DNA of 64,000 nt, taken from the NCBI RefSeq assembly GCF_963853765.1, contig NC_088855.1, positions 3,100,001 to 3,164,000 of the forward strand, given 5' to 3'. Source of the DNA: Magallana gigas. Its lineage: Eukaryota. The stretch's first letter is position 1; every line of letters begins with the position of its first letter. This document shows, one piece after another, positions 36,201 to 47,685 of the stretch. The translations under genes were made by a program, and so were the position numbers. Below the pieces are notes generated by a model that was not told where the DNA came from, did not search any database, and was given only the letters and a program-made list of their open reading frames with translations.

Positions 36201-39200
36201 TCTAGGTAGTTAAACCTCTGTCTGTACCTGTACAGGTAAAGCCTACTCTCTAGGTAGTTAAACCTCTGTCTGTACCTGCACAGGTAAAGCCTACTCTTTA
36301 GGTAGTTAAACCTCTGTCTGTACCTGTACAGGTAAAGCCTACTCTCTAGGTAGTTAAACCTCTGTCTGTACCTGCACAGGTAAAGCCTACTCTCTAGGTA
36401 GTTAAACCTCTGTCTGTACCTGTACAGGTAAAGCCTACTCTCTAGGTAGTTAAACCTCTGTCTGTACCTGCACAGGTAAAGCCTACTCTCTAGGTAGTTA
36501 AACCTATGTCTGTACCTGCACAGGTAAAGCCTACTCTCTAGGTAGTTTAAACCTTCATCTGTACCTGTTGAGCTGGGAGAAGTCTGACCAGGATGGAGCA
36601 AGCTGGCACCGCGGGGAAGGTATCTAGGTCAGTGACCAGGTTCTTCGGCTTGTTGGGAGGGATCCCATTCCTTATCCTCAGCTGCTGGCCCCCAACATTT
36701 AACTTTCCTCCCTGTAAGGCAATATTTCTCCATTACTTAATGACATGCCTAGAACAAACTTTGTATGACAATTGATATTGCAAATATAATTGTTAACTAC
36801 ACATAGACATGATTCATAATCCTGATGTCTACTCCTTTGGTACTTAGACGATCTAGTTTTACCTTGAACACTGGGACAAAACAGCTGCCAATGACAGAGA
36901 TTTTGTCCGTCAGCACGTCCTCTGTATACACCCTCAGGAAGATGACCATGTCAGGGTCCATCTTCTTCTTCTGTTCGTTCACAGTCAGCTTGAACTCAAA
37001 CAGGGGAGACCTGGCCGGGCTGTCCAGTGCGGGTAGAGCCATCAGAATCTTGGCGTCATTTCCAGTCTTGATCAAACCTGTCACCTAGATATACATGTAG
37101 AAAAAAAAGTAAGCAGTCTTTGTAAGCATAATGAAAAAAATTATAACCAAGAATAACGTGTCACTGAATACTGAAGATTCCTTATTTCATGCAATTCTGT
37201 CGTTATGTACAAAATCCCAAGAATATTATATCATAAGTGTCAAACTTTGTTGTGATTCAATAGAGTTTTTGACTGTCAGAAAAATAAAAGTGAGATTTGA
37301 AAATCTGCTTCTCCTAATTTTATGTAAATTTCAATATCCCTCATGTTTAATTAAGAATTAATAATAGTCAAAGGCTGTATAACAAAGACCTGTAGATATT
37401 GGTGTTACCTTGATCATGGAAGAGTTATCAGGAATAAAGCGAACACTGTCAATGTAAAAATCAAAGGCATCTGAGAGCCCAGTGGGCACAGGGTTGCTGT
37501 TCATGGCTGTGGAGTTTGACTCCACCCACGGTTCTTCTGACTCCAGAGGCTGTGGCGTCCTGACCGGGGTCTTGATGGGGGTCCTTCTTGGGACTGGCTT
37601 AGGCTTTGGACTATCACAATCAAATATTAAAAAATTAATGTTTTAAGTCTAAGATGAATTTTTTACAACCCCGAATATAAGATAAAAGGTTAATTGAAAG
37701 AAAATTAGGAGCTACATCCATTGCATTTATTGGCTAACACAGACATGATCTTTGACCTCTGACTGACCTTTGCCTTGGAACAGGGCTGTGTCGAGGTGTG
37801 TGGGTAGCGAGAGGAGGCACCTGATTGGTGGTCCCAGCAGGCAGGGTGGGGATGGGGCTCACTCCCTTGGGTCTTGCCCGACCTTCTGGCTCGTGTCTTG
37901 GATCATACACAATGACCACTATCTGAGAATTGTAGCCAAGGACAGTTCCTGGAATAATAAATGAACAACTACTGATTTAAAAATGTTTTGACTTTGACGT
38001 AAAAAATATGTCCAAGACACATTTACTGTGACTTGTGATTAAAATAACCTGAATTTGATATAAACTGAATGGTTTCCAAGATACAGACAAAAAACACAGG
38101 CAAAGGTGAAAATATCAAAATCACCGAGGTAAAACAGGTTAAAGGAGAAGGATCATGAGTAATTCTACTCCTACATTTAAGAACACGTGACCCTGACCCA
38201 CACAGACTACTGACCTTCCTGCTGGTCCTCTGGTAAAGGTGACCCTGCCCCTGTGGAAATCAGGTTCTGTGGGACAGCACCGGGGTGGATAGTGAACACA
38301 AAGTCCCCGTCCTGGAGGGACCACTGAACGTTGGCCAGGGAGTCGACCGAGGAGCGACCTCCTCGTGATGCCTTCTCAAACAGGGGGATCCTGGCCCAGC
38401 CAAGCGGAACACTTACTCCTGATATCAAGTAAAGAGTAAAGATAAGCTACAGGAAAACTTGTTTATAACGAAGTGCCAGGGACGGAAGATTTTACTTCGT
38501 TATAAACGTAACTCGTTATGTTTACAACATATAATAAAGTCTTGGGAATGGAAATCACTTTGCTGTAAGCGTCAATTCGTTATAAGCGTGTTCGCTATAA
38601 CCGTGTTTTACTGTATATCCTTGTTGTCTATTTAATTACAAGATGAATTGTAGTTTCTCAGTGTGTTGTAAAAAGAGTGACAGTTACTGTGGAATCATTA
38701 GAATTCATGGTGGCTCATGAATTTACATCCTTGATGCAAACTAATTATAAAAGATTTAGTTTTCCTACTGAAACTGAAAACCGACGCATCCACAAAATTA
38801 CATCCCCATGAATAAGCAAAAACCCACAATCCACGAAAATTGGCAGCCATGAAATTAAATGATTCCACAGTATACGCAAAGAAAAGAGACATCAAGCTGA
38901 CAGCACTCACTTAGAGCCTCAGGCCCAGGTTTCCTGTACTCCACCCTGACAATGGCGTACGGGAACGCCCCCAGCTCTCTCTCCACATCCAGTTCCGAGA
39001 TGTCCAAGTTATCAAACACAAACTTGTCCTCATAGAAGTGGACCTCGTAGATGGTGTTCCCGTAGTTGTCTTTACTGATGGAGGTGGTGACCGCTTTCCC
39101 CATAGAGAGGCGGGACCTGAGCTTGACACTGCCGAAGTAGGCGTGGACATGGACCTGTAAACAGCTCGCCTCCACGCTCGCCAGCCATTGCTCCTAGCAA

Positions 39201-42200
39201 CCAACGAAAAGGACAATCATAACATGATGGGGTCTGTGTACCGGTTACATTATTATCTCAATATTGCCAGTTCCTGGCAAATGCCAATGTACAAATGGGA
39301 CAAAGAGTCAAATGAACATACAGTACCGTATATACTCGCCTATAAGTACGGTTCACCTATAAGTCGGTTGCCCTTTTCCAGCTTTAATTTGAAGATTTTG
39401 CTGTTGACTCCCTAATAAGTCGGGTTACTTTTTCAGGACAATTGATGTACAGATACTCTCAATAAAATACCACATTTTATCATACATGTTTTGAGTTCTA
39501 AAAAAATTGTCCTTTTTTCACCCCATAATTTCTTCTAGACTATTTCTATCATGGGTCCATGATGTTAATAACTTTTGATTTAAATGCCATTATTTTTTAT
39601 AACACTAATTACAAGTTGGTAATAGCTTCAAAACTACCAGGTATTTAAATAGAGTCCTTTTGAAAATTTGATGATAGTGATTTATTTCCTTACTGACTGA
39701 TTAGGTTGGTAATTAGCCCCTTAAACTGGGGTGTTGGCTTGTGTTGTTTTAGGTGACATGACCCCTATATCTATTATCACCTTAGGTGTGAAAAACAGAC
39801 TGCTTGAATTTTCTTTTTATGAACACAGGTTCAATGCATTTATCATAATCTGTTTATTATTTAAAAAGAAATTTAACTTACTTCTCTCGTGAAATTTTTT
39901 TTACTATGTCTCGCCTATAAGTCGGACCCCCACTTTTCACCCAATTTTCTACTCCCAAAAATCCGACTTATAGGCGAGTATATACGGTACATGTATCATG
40001 ATGGATCAAACAGTCATAAAATCTATGTAACATTACCAACTCAAAATTCGTATCTCAAAATCAGTGGGGCAAAAAAAAAAATTGAATATATTAAGCAAAG
40101 ATTTGAGATATAATTGGTGAAAAATACATAAACAGTAATTTGGACTTAAAATTTTCTCATACATTTTAATGGTAATCCAGACATTGTTGTTTGAGATAAA
40201 TTTGAGACATAAAAGTTTACTTGTTTACCTTAAATCATATACACTGAACAAGAACAAAACATAGCATCTAGCTTCAAGCCTAATATCATTTTACATACAG
40301 TTGACCTACTTTTTCAACAACTTCGGATGGAATGATAAGGCGGAGTATGATGTCCTTCAGGCCGCAGGGGTTGAGGAATCCTGGGATACTGGGGGTGGGC
40401 GGGGCTGTGTGAAGCTGTAAGCCCGGAGTGCTTCAAAAGATCATGGAAGTCAGATGATTCAATACTTACTTATCACTCATATAAACTTATAATAAGTAAC
40501 ATAGAGCTGTTATCATTATGAAAAATTGATCTTTTTCTCTTACAAAAATTACATATATAATAACACTTATTTTCCATTTCAATTTTATTTTTCGAGTTAT
40601 GTGTATATGTCTGTCAACAAAAAGACACTTACTTTGGCCTTTGTCTGTTCAGGTAAGGTATTTCTAACAAATCCTTCCCATGCTCCAGGTGGATCCAGGC
40701 CATCTGGATGTCCACTGTGTACAGTTTGGAAGCCTCCCTCAGGAAAACCTGGAACAAAGGGAAGATTACAGTTTATGGACTGATGTTTTACTCCATGTAC
40801 CAGATCTATATATTCTAATGTGGGTATAAAAAAAAATCTGATGTGCAAATGAACATGTATGCAAAGCAGTGGATGATAAAACAGGAATGTACCTTGTTTA
40901 TGGTTCATTTTTTGTGGGTGTAATATTGAGTTTATAAAATTCTCACTTATTTTCTTGTGATCTTGTGTGCTTTCTTGGTCTATAATTGAAATACAACTGA
41001 TCTATATACCAACCTCTTTCATTTGCGAGTAATCTCGGGCCTTCATGAACTTTTCTCTGAGGAGCTCCAGTAGGGCCAGGCTGAAATGTTTGAGGACTGA
41101 GGGTGCCCAGCCCTGCATAAAACACTGGTCCCAAATGTACATCACAGCCGGAGTGTCCAACACACTCACAAAACCCTGCGGAGGGAGACAGACTAGGGGT
41201 CAGTACAACCATAAGTTCACATAGAGAAGGAGAGAGAGAGGAGCTCTAATTAATTGGTTTGAAATCTTTCTGCTTAATGGAAGATCTGGGGTCATGATGC
41301 CACACTTAATACTCTTTTACTGAAAATATGCAACTTATTTCAGTAAATTAAACAATGGAAAACTATTGTATCTTTAGATACATGTATATTATTCAAGAGA
41401 AGTATATCTATTGTGTTAAAAACTGTCTTTCATATTCACTTGTGCATAATAACCTCCCACATATTCATGAAATACATGTACATGTAGAAGCCTATCTAGA
41501 GATCTGTTAATGAAATGCATACCTCACCAATCCACCTGCGAATGAAGACCAGGGGGTCGGCCAGCAGTTCGTTAGACATGACCTCCTCCCGCTTACTCCC
41601 AGGCGTGGCCTTCAGCAGCTCCTCAGCCTTGGCCTTCTCAGAACTGATCAGGTGTAGCAAGAACTCCTGAAAAGTGAAAAGACTACCTATTACATCTGAT
41701 CTATTTCAGACAGACTGAGAGGATTGGATTAACAATACAAAATGTTATGTACATAAGAAATTTCCCCATTCTCTATACTGTAAATGTGAAAAGATTGTAA
41801 AGAACAAGCCTGTTATAATTCCCTCCGATATCTAATGCGTACCTTTTTATTGACTTGCATATTGGTTTTGGCAATGGATTTCAAATGTGTGTAAAGGTCA
41901 GGGTCAGACAAGCTCAAGGTCATCATCACCTGCTCTGCTATAGCGAACACGTGGTGCCAGGTCGGGAAGCAGCTAGAGTTCAGAAGGTCAAGGTACATGG
42001 CCAGTTCATACACATGCTCGCCTGCAACCAGTGAAGGATATTCATACATGCACATGCAAAGTGCATAAAATGTAAAATAAATAAATAGGTGATTAAATTT
42101 TATACTGCATCAAGGTGGTTACAATTAATTGTTCTGTGTCACTATTGGAAAGAATATTAGGAAATTACAGTGATGTAGTCAATTTTACTTTTTGTTGATG

Positions 42201-45200
42201 ATCTACTTCTTCCAGCTACCTACATGTGTACTTGCAAAATTACAACGATTAGGATATAAATCTAGCAATTTCTACAATTGTAGGTTTTCTACTGGTGCAA
42301 AATGTATAGATTATAAAACAATACTGCTGAATTGAACAATACTTTTTAATACGACTGCTTGTTTTGTACCTTTCTCTGTTGTTTTTTCTGATGAATTCTG
42401 GAATGCAATCTGTAGTGGAAACAACCAGTGAATGAGGTAAGGTTCGTAACTTCTGTCGTACACATACAGCACGTTTAGCACCCGCGACGCTTCCCGCATG
42501 TGTTCACTCGACTTGAAGGCCGCCATGCTGGTCGTCTTATTGTAGGTCTGGATTAAACAAACAAACCAATTTTATTCTCTAACATTCATTATAAATCAAA
42601 TGGAACACAGAATTTCTACAGACACACAACTCATTTATGATTTTACCTCAATGACTGCCGTTTCAATCAGGCCTGCAATCGGAGAGTTAGTGGCCCGTTT
42701 TATTTTTAATTCCTGAGTGCCTCGACTAACTGCCTTAGCAAATCTCTCCCGAACAATCTTTTCCAGGTTCCTTAAATCAAATTATTATCATACAGAAAAC
42801 AATACATTCCTTACAAACAATAAAGAGAAATTTTGCATTTGACTAAATGTTCTAAAACAATTTGAGGTTTCCAATTTTGTATTTTGATTTTCAAAAATAA
42901 GCTCTCAAACATGTTAATCTTAATGTAATAAAATTGAAATTGTCAAACTAAAATTTATATTGTTTCAAATCTAAATGGCTCAAATTTGAGTTATGGGGGA
43001 AGGATTAATTGACTAAAATTTTTAAAAATTTGTTGTGACCTTGACCTTTGACTTGAATCAATTAAGGTCAACAAGTCACTTCTTTTAATAGTATTGGTTT
43101 CTCATTTTATTTTCAATTAAGGAAACAAGAGCCTTACGCCTCAGGCATTTCAATAATATTGGTTTCATGTCTTATTGCCAATTAAGGAGACAGAAGCCTT
43201 ACGCCTCAGGCATTTTCTTCCTCTCGTCCCTGAAGAGTACATCGGACCACATGAATGTCCTGAGGGAGCCTGGTAACTGACGACCGTGCATCTTCCCTGC
43301 CACGTACTCAAACTTCCTTGGATCCCTCTGTAAAATGGCCTGTACAGACCGCCCAATCAGGTCACTCTGGGGTCCCCAGAGGGGTGGGGGATCACCCTCA
43401 ACTTTGTGGATCATGCCTGGAAAAGTCATCATTAAAGGGTTAAAGGAGGTGGTGAAAAGATGACAATTTTCTTATCAATATAAAACTGTCCATGTTTTGG
43501 AAGGTGCTGAATTAATATTTGACATAAAAAATCCTTATTCCTCATCTTTACTTCAAAACTAAAACTCAGTTTGAAATAGAGAAGTATCTACCATATTTGC
43601 AAATACTCCATCCTTGTTGTCTAAGTGATCCTAGATTTGTGAACTAGATATACTGATATAGATCTCTATAAAATAACTCATCCACGCCTGATTGGTCTGA
43701 TCAATTGGTGTTCATCAGACATGCTGGAGTTTACCCTTCACCTGGCTAATTAGTACAGGTAGATGGCGTCACACTTAACAGGGAAGCTGGTTAGTGACAA
43801 TGCTTTATTACACTTCCACATGTATAACACGTTAATCAGTCACACGTTATAGATTTACATGCACTTAGAGACAAGGAATGGGTTTAAAAAATAAAACATT
43901 CCTGTAGTAGGGAAAATTTACATTTTCTAATGCCTTTGTCTGTGATAACACTACGAATCTAATCTGTAATGTATTGTTCTGTACATTTCATCAATGATAC
44001 AAATGATGTTGTATGAGGCACACAGGGGGTGGCAATAATACAAAACTAAAGTACAGTATTGATGTCCATAATTTAATTGTACAGTTGCTGAAAATTATTT
44101 AAATTTAAGTAATAATTAAGGAATCATTTTTTGAGTATTATGATGTGAAAATTATGATCATGCAGGCATGATAAAATCGGCTTTATCTGATTTGATCATG
44201 CCCTGACCATATTTACAGTATCACCTCATAATACTCAAAGAATGATTCCTTATCCATTTAATAAAATCATTATTTAAATGTGATACTACTGTGTGTAGGT
44301 GTACCTATGGTGATTCAAGCTGTTTACTGATAGTTCTATAACATCTTTTGATTTACCGAACACTACCGGTACATGTATGATAGCCAGCATGCTATAACAT
44401 CTATCTCCAACATTGTATCAATATACTACAGTGTGCTACCACAAATTGTACTGGTGTGTGAAATGTAAATAAAAAACATAAACTATTAACATATGGGTAC
44501 ATACACAATTATCCTAATGTTCACTAGAATAGCTGTATAATTTTCATGCATACTGATTAGTCATTATGTTAAGGATAAGATATGATTCCAGTAAATACAA
44601 GAGTTAGCTAGGATCTACAAAGCATGAATACTTACCAGTATTTTTACCATCTAATTAAGCAGGGAGAAAAATGTTTATCATCTAATACATCATATTGTCA
44701 GACTTTGATTTCCAATTATAGGCTCTTTTTTACAGCTTTATTTTTAGTTCTTGAAAAAAAACCCATTAAAATAGAACATTGAAATCTTTCATGAGGTTTC
44801 CATTCCGATTGAAATCAAAGTCTCACAAAAACAGATAGGAATAAAATACACAATGAGACACAAAAGAACCAGAGAATATCACAATCTCTAAGGGACAGTC
44901 CAACTGAATTATGTTACAAGGAACAACATTCTAAATACTCTACAATGGTCACCAGATCAGTGTATAGGCCCATGGGACTACCTGATTGATTTATGTTTAC
45001 CCATTAAAAATCTTTCTAAGGAATCTACTGTGCATATTGTTTACTGTTATGCATCTGCATGGGACTGCCTGACTGAATTACATTAGAAGAAAAAACTTTC
45101 TAATTAATATCATGTAAAGACACACCGATTGTACATTTACACATTACAATATAAGGAAAATATATTAAATAATCTACAAAGTCAATCATCTACTGGAATC

Positions 45201-47495
45201 TATATTGGACAGCCTTACTGAATAACAAAGCAAGGAAAAAATCTGATATAAAAATGTACAATTGTCTACATCTAAGGGAAGAAGAGAAAAATTCTGACCA
45301 GAAATAAATGGTATATACAGATATAAATAAACAGCGGAATGGTACACTTATAGCGGTTTGAAGAAAAGGAGTTATAATGTAATGCCATTGATTGTATCAG
45401 GCAAGACTTACTTCGTATCACGGCCGAGCTTGGTTTATCGGACGACCCAGATGACACCGAGGATACAGCAGTCCAAGGTTTGACTCGGCTTGGTGCAGGA
45501 ATCTTCAATGGTTTGTTCAATTTGTTTTCTAGTTTTATCTCATCCTGCTTTTGTTTCTGAAATTTTAATCAAAAATTTAAATTGATTTCTTGATCCCAAA
45601 ACACATTTGTACCAAAACAAGTGTACATGACATGACAAACAAAAAACTGTAAAGTTAAGACAGATATGTAAAAGCCATTGGAGATAATTGGGTACAGATT
45701 TAAAATTGAGCCAAGTCAGCACAATTGTGAAGAAATAAATGTTTAGGTTCATTACATTATGAATTTTACATATTTTAAGTGGTTTTATTTTAAAGAGATA
45801 TTATCAATTTTGGGACATGTTTTTGAAAAAATATGCATTAAATTGAAGGAAATCAATTTCCATAGAAGAACATAAATTTGCTTGTAAGAAAGCTATCCAT
45901 ATACATTATTAAAGCGGTGGATAAATGTTTAAGTTATGCTATCAAATCTAGACTCTTCTTGTAACTTTCCAGCACAATACTCCGTCTAGCCCTCGGACTC
46001 ACCGTGAGTTTGTTTTCCTGTTTGTACTCCTCTCTCTCCAAACCTCTCAGGAAAATGTTGTACGTGTGCTGCAGGAACTGCTCGTACTCATTGGGCTGGC
46101 TGGTGCTGTCAACATCAACAGTCAGAAAATGTTTAAAAATGTACCTAATGTCTCGTGTATTAAACGCACTCGTGTATAATACCCACCCCCAAAGTTGACC
46201 AAAAAATGACGAAAAAACAGCAGGTCCTATGTATAACAGGCACCCAAAAAATGGCGAAATCAACGGCCGCCATTTCCCCCAAAACTATCAATGTTTCATG
46301 ATAATTTTATAATCCATGCGCAATTTCTTTAATTTTGGGGGTAATACATTTACATTCCGGGATTAGAACGTGAAAGTTTTGAACCATAGAAAAATATGAA
46401 AAAAACATGTACCTGTACATGGCCCTGTAGCATTTATTAAATCTGACCTGTGTAAAAAGTTTAATGTAATGTAATGTAGCCATTAATATATCTCACCTTG
46501 TGTTGAGGTTTTTCCCTAACATAACGCCGTAGCCTTTTTCCTTCACACACTTGTACACCTGACTGTTGAGGTATGCCTGAGCTTCTTTCATTATTTTCTG
46601 TTTCTCGATTGGTGACATATTTGGAGGCTCCTGTTCAATAAAGATCAACAAATATGTGTATATTATGGTTCATTGCTCAATCTTCATCAAATATCATTTG
46701 AAAAAATAAAGTATATAATGCTTGAAATTTGATTATGCAAACTAGGGTCAAAATTAACTTGTTGTCAACCCAACCCAACCAAACTCAACCACAAACTCTC
46801 ACTGACAGGTAATCTTGTCAGGTACATCAGGTTTTCTGACCAGAAACTGATGGTTCCAGTTTACCCAAGGTAGTTTGTGGCCCCCACCACACACAACCAT
46901 TTATAACACACACATCAAACTCTCTATACATTGAGTGTTCTAACCAGCAGAATCTGGGGGTTCCAAGTCATCTTGGGAGGCATGTGGACCCCCCCCCCCC
47001 CTCCCCCCCCCCCACACACTGTCAACACTGAGGTTTCTGACCTGGATGTCTGCAGGTTCCAGATAGCCATTGGGAGGTTGCCCCCCCCCCCCCTCCACCC
47101 CCACACACTGTCAACCCACTGAACATACTGACCAGGATTTGGGGGTTCCAGGTTGCATTGGGGAGGTACTTCTCCACAAAATGTTCCCCTAGGGACTGCA
47201 TCAGGGCCTCCTTTCTCTCAGCTTTACCAAACTGTTTCTCCACCTTGCTTGCCAGAGACTGGGCAATCTTACCCTCCATCTGAAATAGTCACCATTTACC
47301 TGACAATTACAATGGTACATGTCTCAGTAACAATAAAAATTCTTAACAAAAATCACTCAACTTCTGTCATTTTGCATAACGTACCGCGTGCCACGGTGCA
47401 TCAGGTAGCAGCGTCTGCTGATAGCACGAGTTCAGCCATTCCACTGTGAATGGACTCCTCTCAGTTTTCGATGGATCCTCTACACGACTTGACAT
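30274..47495 (-). CDS. Uncharacterised ~1423-aa protein, TBC/Rab-GAP-like N-terminal region plus C2-like domains; 27 exons: 47495-47385, 47279-47133, 46630-46497, 46144-46003, 45544-45412, 43416-43203, 42770-42647, 42547-42370, 42021-41843, 41666-41523, 41175-41014, 40748-40633, 40430-40310, 39193-38911, 38418-38215, 37948-37768, 37610-37409, 37084-36863, 36711-36565, 34538-34370, 33761-33600, 33348-33188, 32982-32801, 32458-32323, 31929-31861, 31525-31316, 30312-30274
   Basis: All exons are GT-AG and phase-compatible, giving one 4272-nt ORF. TBC-like motifs LPGSLRTFMWSDVL, FIRRW and VMYIWDQCF; C2-like motifs LGWARIPLF, FDFYIDSVRFIPD, AWGVVPLF and GTHEVPLFKG. Exon structure is firmer than the domain naming. 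Confidence 0.8.
31927..32100. repeat. 36-bp minisatellite x5 duplicating a 3' splice site
   Basis: GGGCTACAAAAC at 31927, 31963, 31999, 32035 and 32071; minus-strand unit CCCAATGCAAGCATTGTAAGAGTTTATGTTTTGTAG. Confidence 0.95.
34240..34377. repeat. 23-bp minisatellite x6 duplicating a 5' splice site
   Basis: CTAGCTGCCTTACCCAC repeated; on the minus strand each unit contains GTGG|GTAAGG. Confidence 0.95.
35125..36565. repeat. 48-bp minisatellite, about 30 copies, starting at an exon donor
   Basis: GGTAAAGCCTACTCTCTAGGTAGTTAAACC recurs with 48-bp period from 35131; minus-strand unit GTACAGACAGAGGTTTAACTACCTAGAGAGTAGGCTTTACCTGT(G/A)CAG. Confidence 0.98.
38448..38615. mobile_element. TA-flanked MITE (TACAGTAAAAC family); an opposite-orientation relative lies at 56089-56265
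   Basis: TACAGGAAAAC...GTTTTACTGTA termini; internal sequence shared in reverse complement with 56089-56265. Confidence 0.65.
38685..38872. mobile_element. TA-flanked MITE (TACTGTGG family)
   Basis: TACTGTGGAATCATT...AATGATTCCACAGTA; related element at 57624-57834. Confidence 0.7.
39324..39989. mobile_element. pogo/Tigger-like non-autonomous element (~665 bp)
   Basis: TIR TACCGTATATACTCGCCTATAAGT / ACTTATAGGCGAGTATATACGGTA, with subterminal TATAAGTCGG repeats. Confidence 0.75.
44117..44252. mobile_element. Short palindromic element; a related end is seen at ~63860-63890
   Basis: TAAGGAATCATTTTTTGAGTATTATGA ... TCATAATACTCAAAGAATGATTCCTTA with a central hairpin. Confidence 0.6.
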
Positions 47496-47685
47496 TTTTA
47501 AATGTTTTTGTAATCCAACAAAACAACACTCATAGTATAAACAAGTACAGAGTTTACAAAAATAAATAAATGCACATCAGATAATTTTAAATGTTTCACA
47601 TATACACATAAATATATTCCTTCTATCTAGATATATAACACAAGTTTCTCACAACACATAAATCATTGCCAATTAAGGCATTCAG

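Noticed and set aside
35125-36565. CRISPR-like appearance of the 48-bp and 65-bp arrays
   Set aside because: The units are contiguous with no unique spacers, there are no cas genes, and the context is eukaryotic introns.
35024-36601. 525-aa repetitive ORF (RYRQRFNYLESRLYLC)n
   Set aside because: It is a translation of the 48-bp intronic minisatellite. It is out of frame with the host exon, and intron retention in the exon frame hits TAA after five codons.
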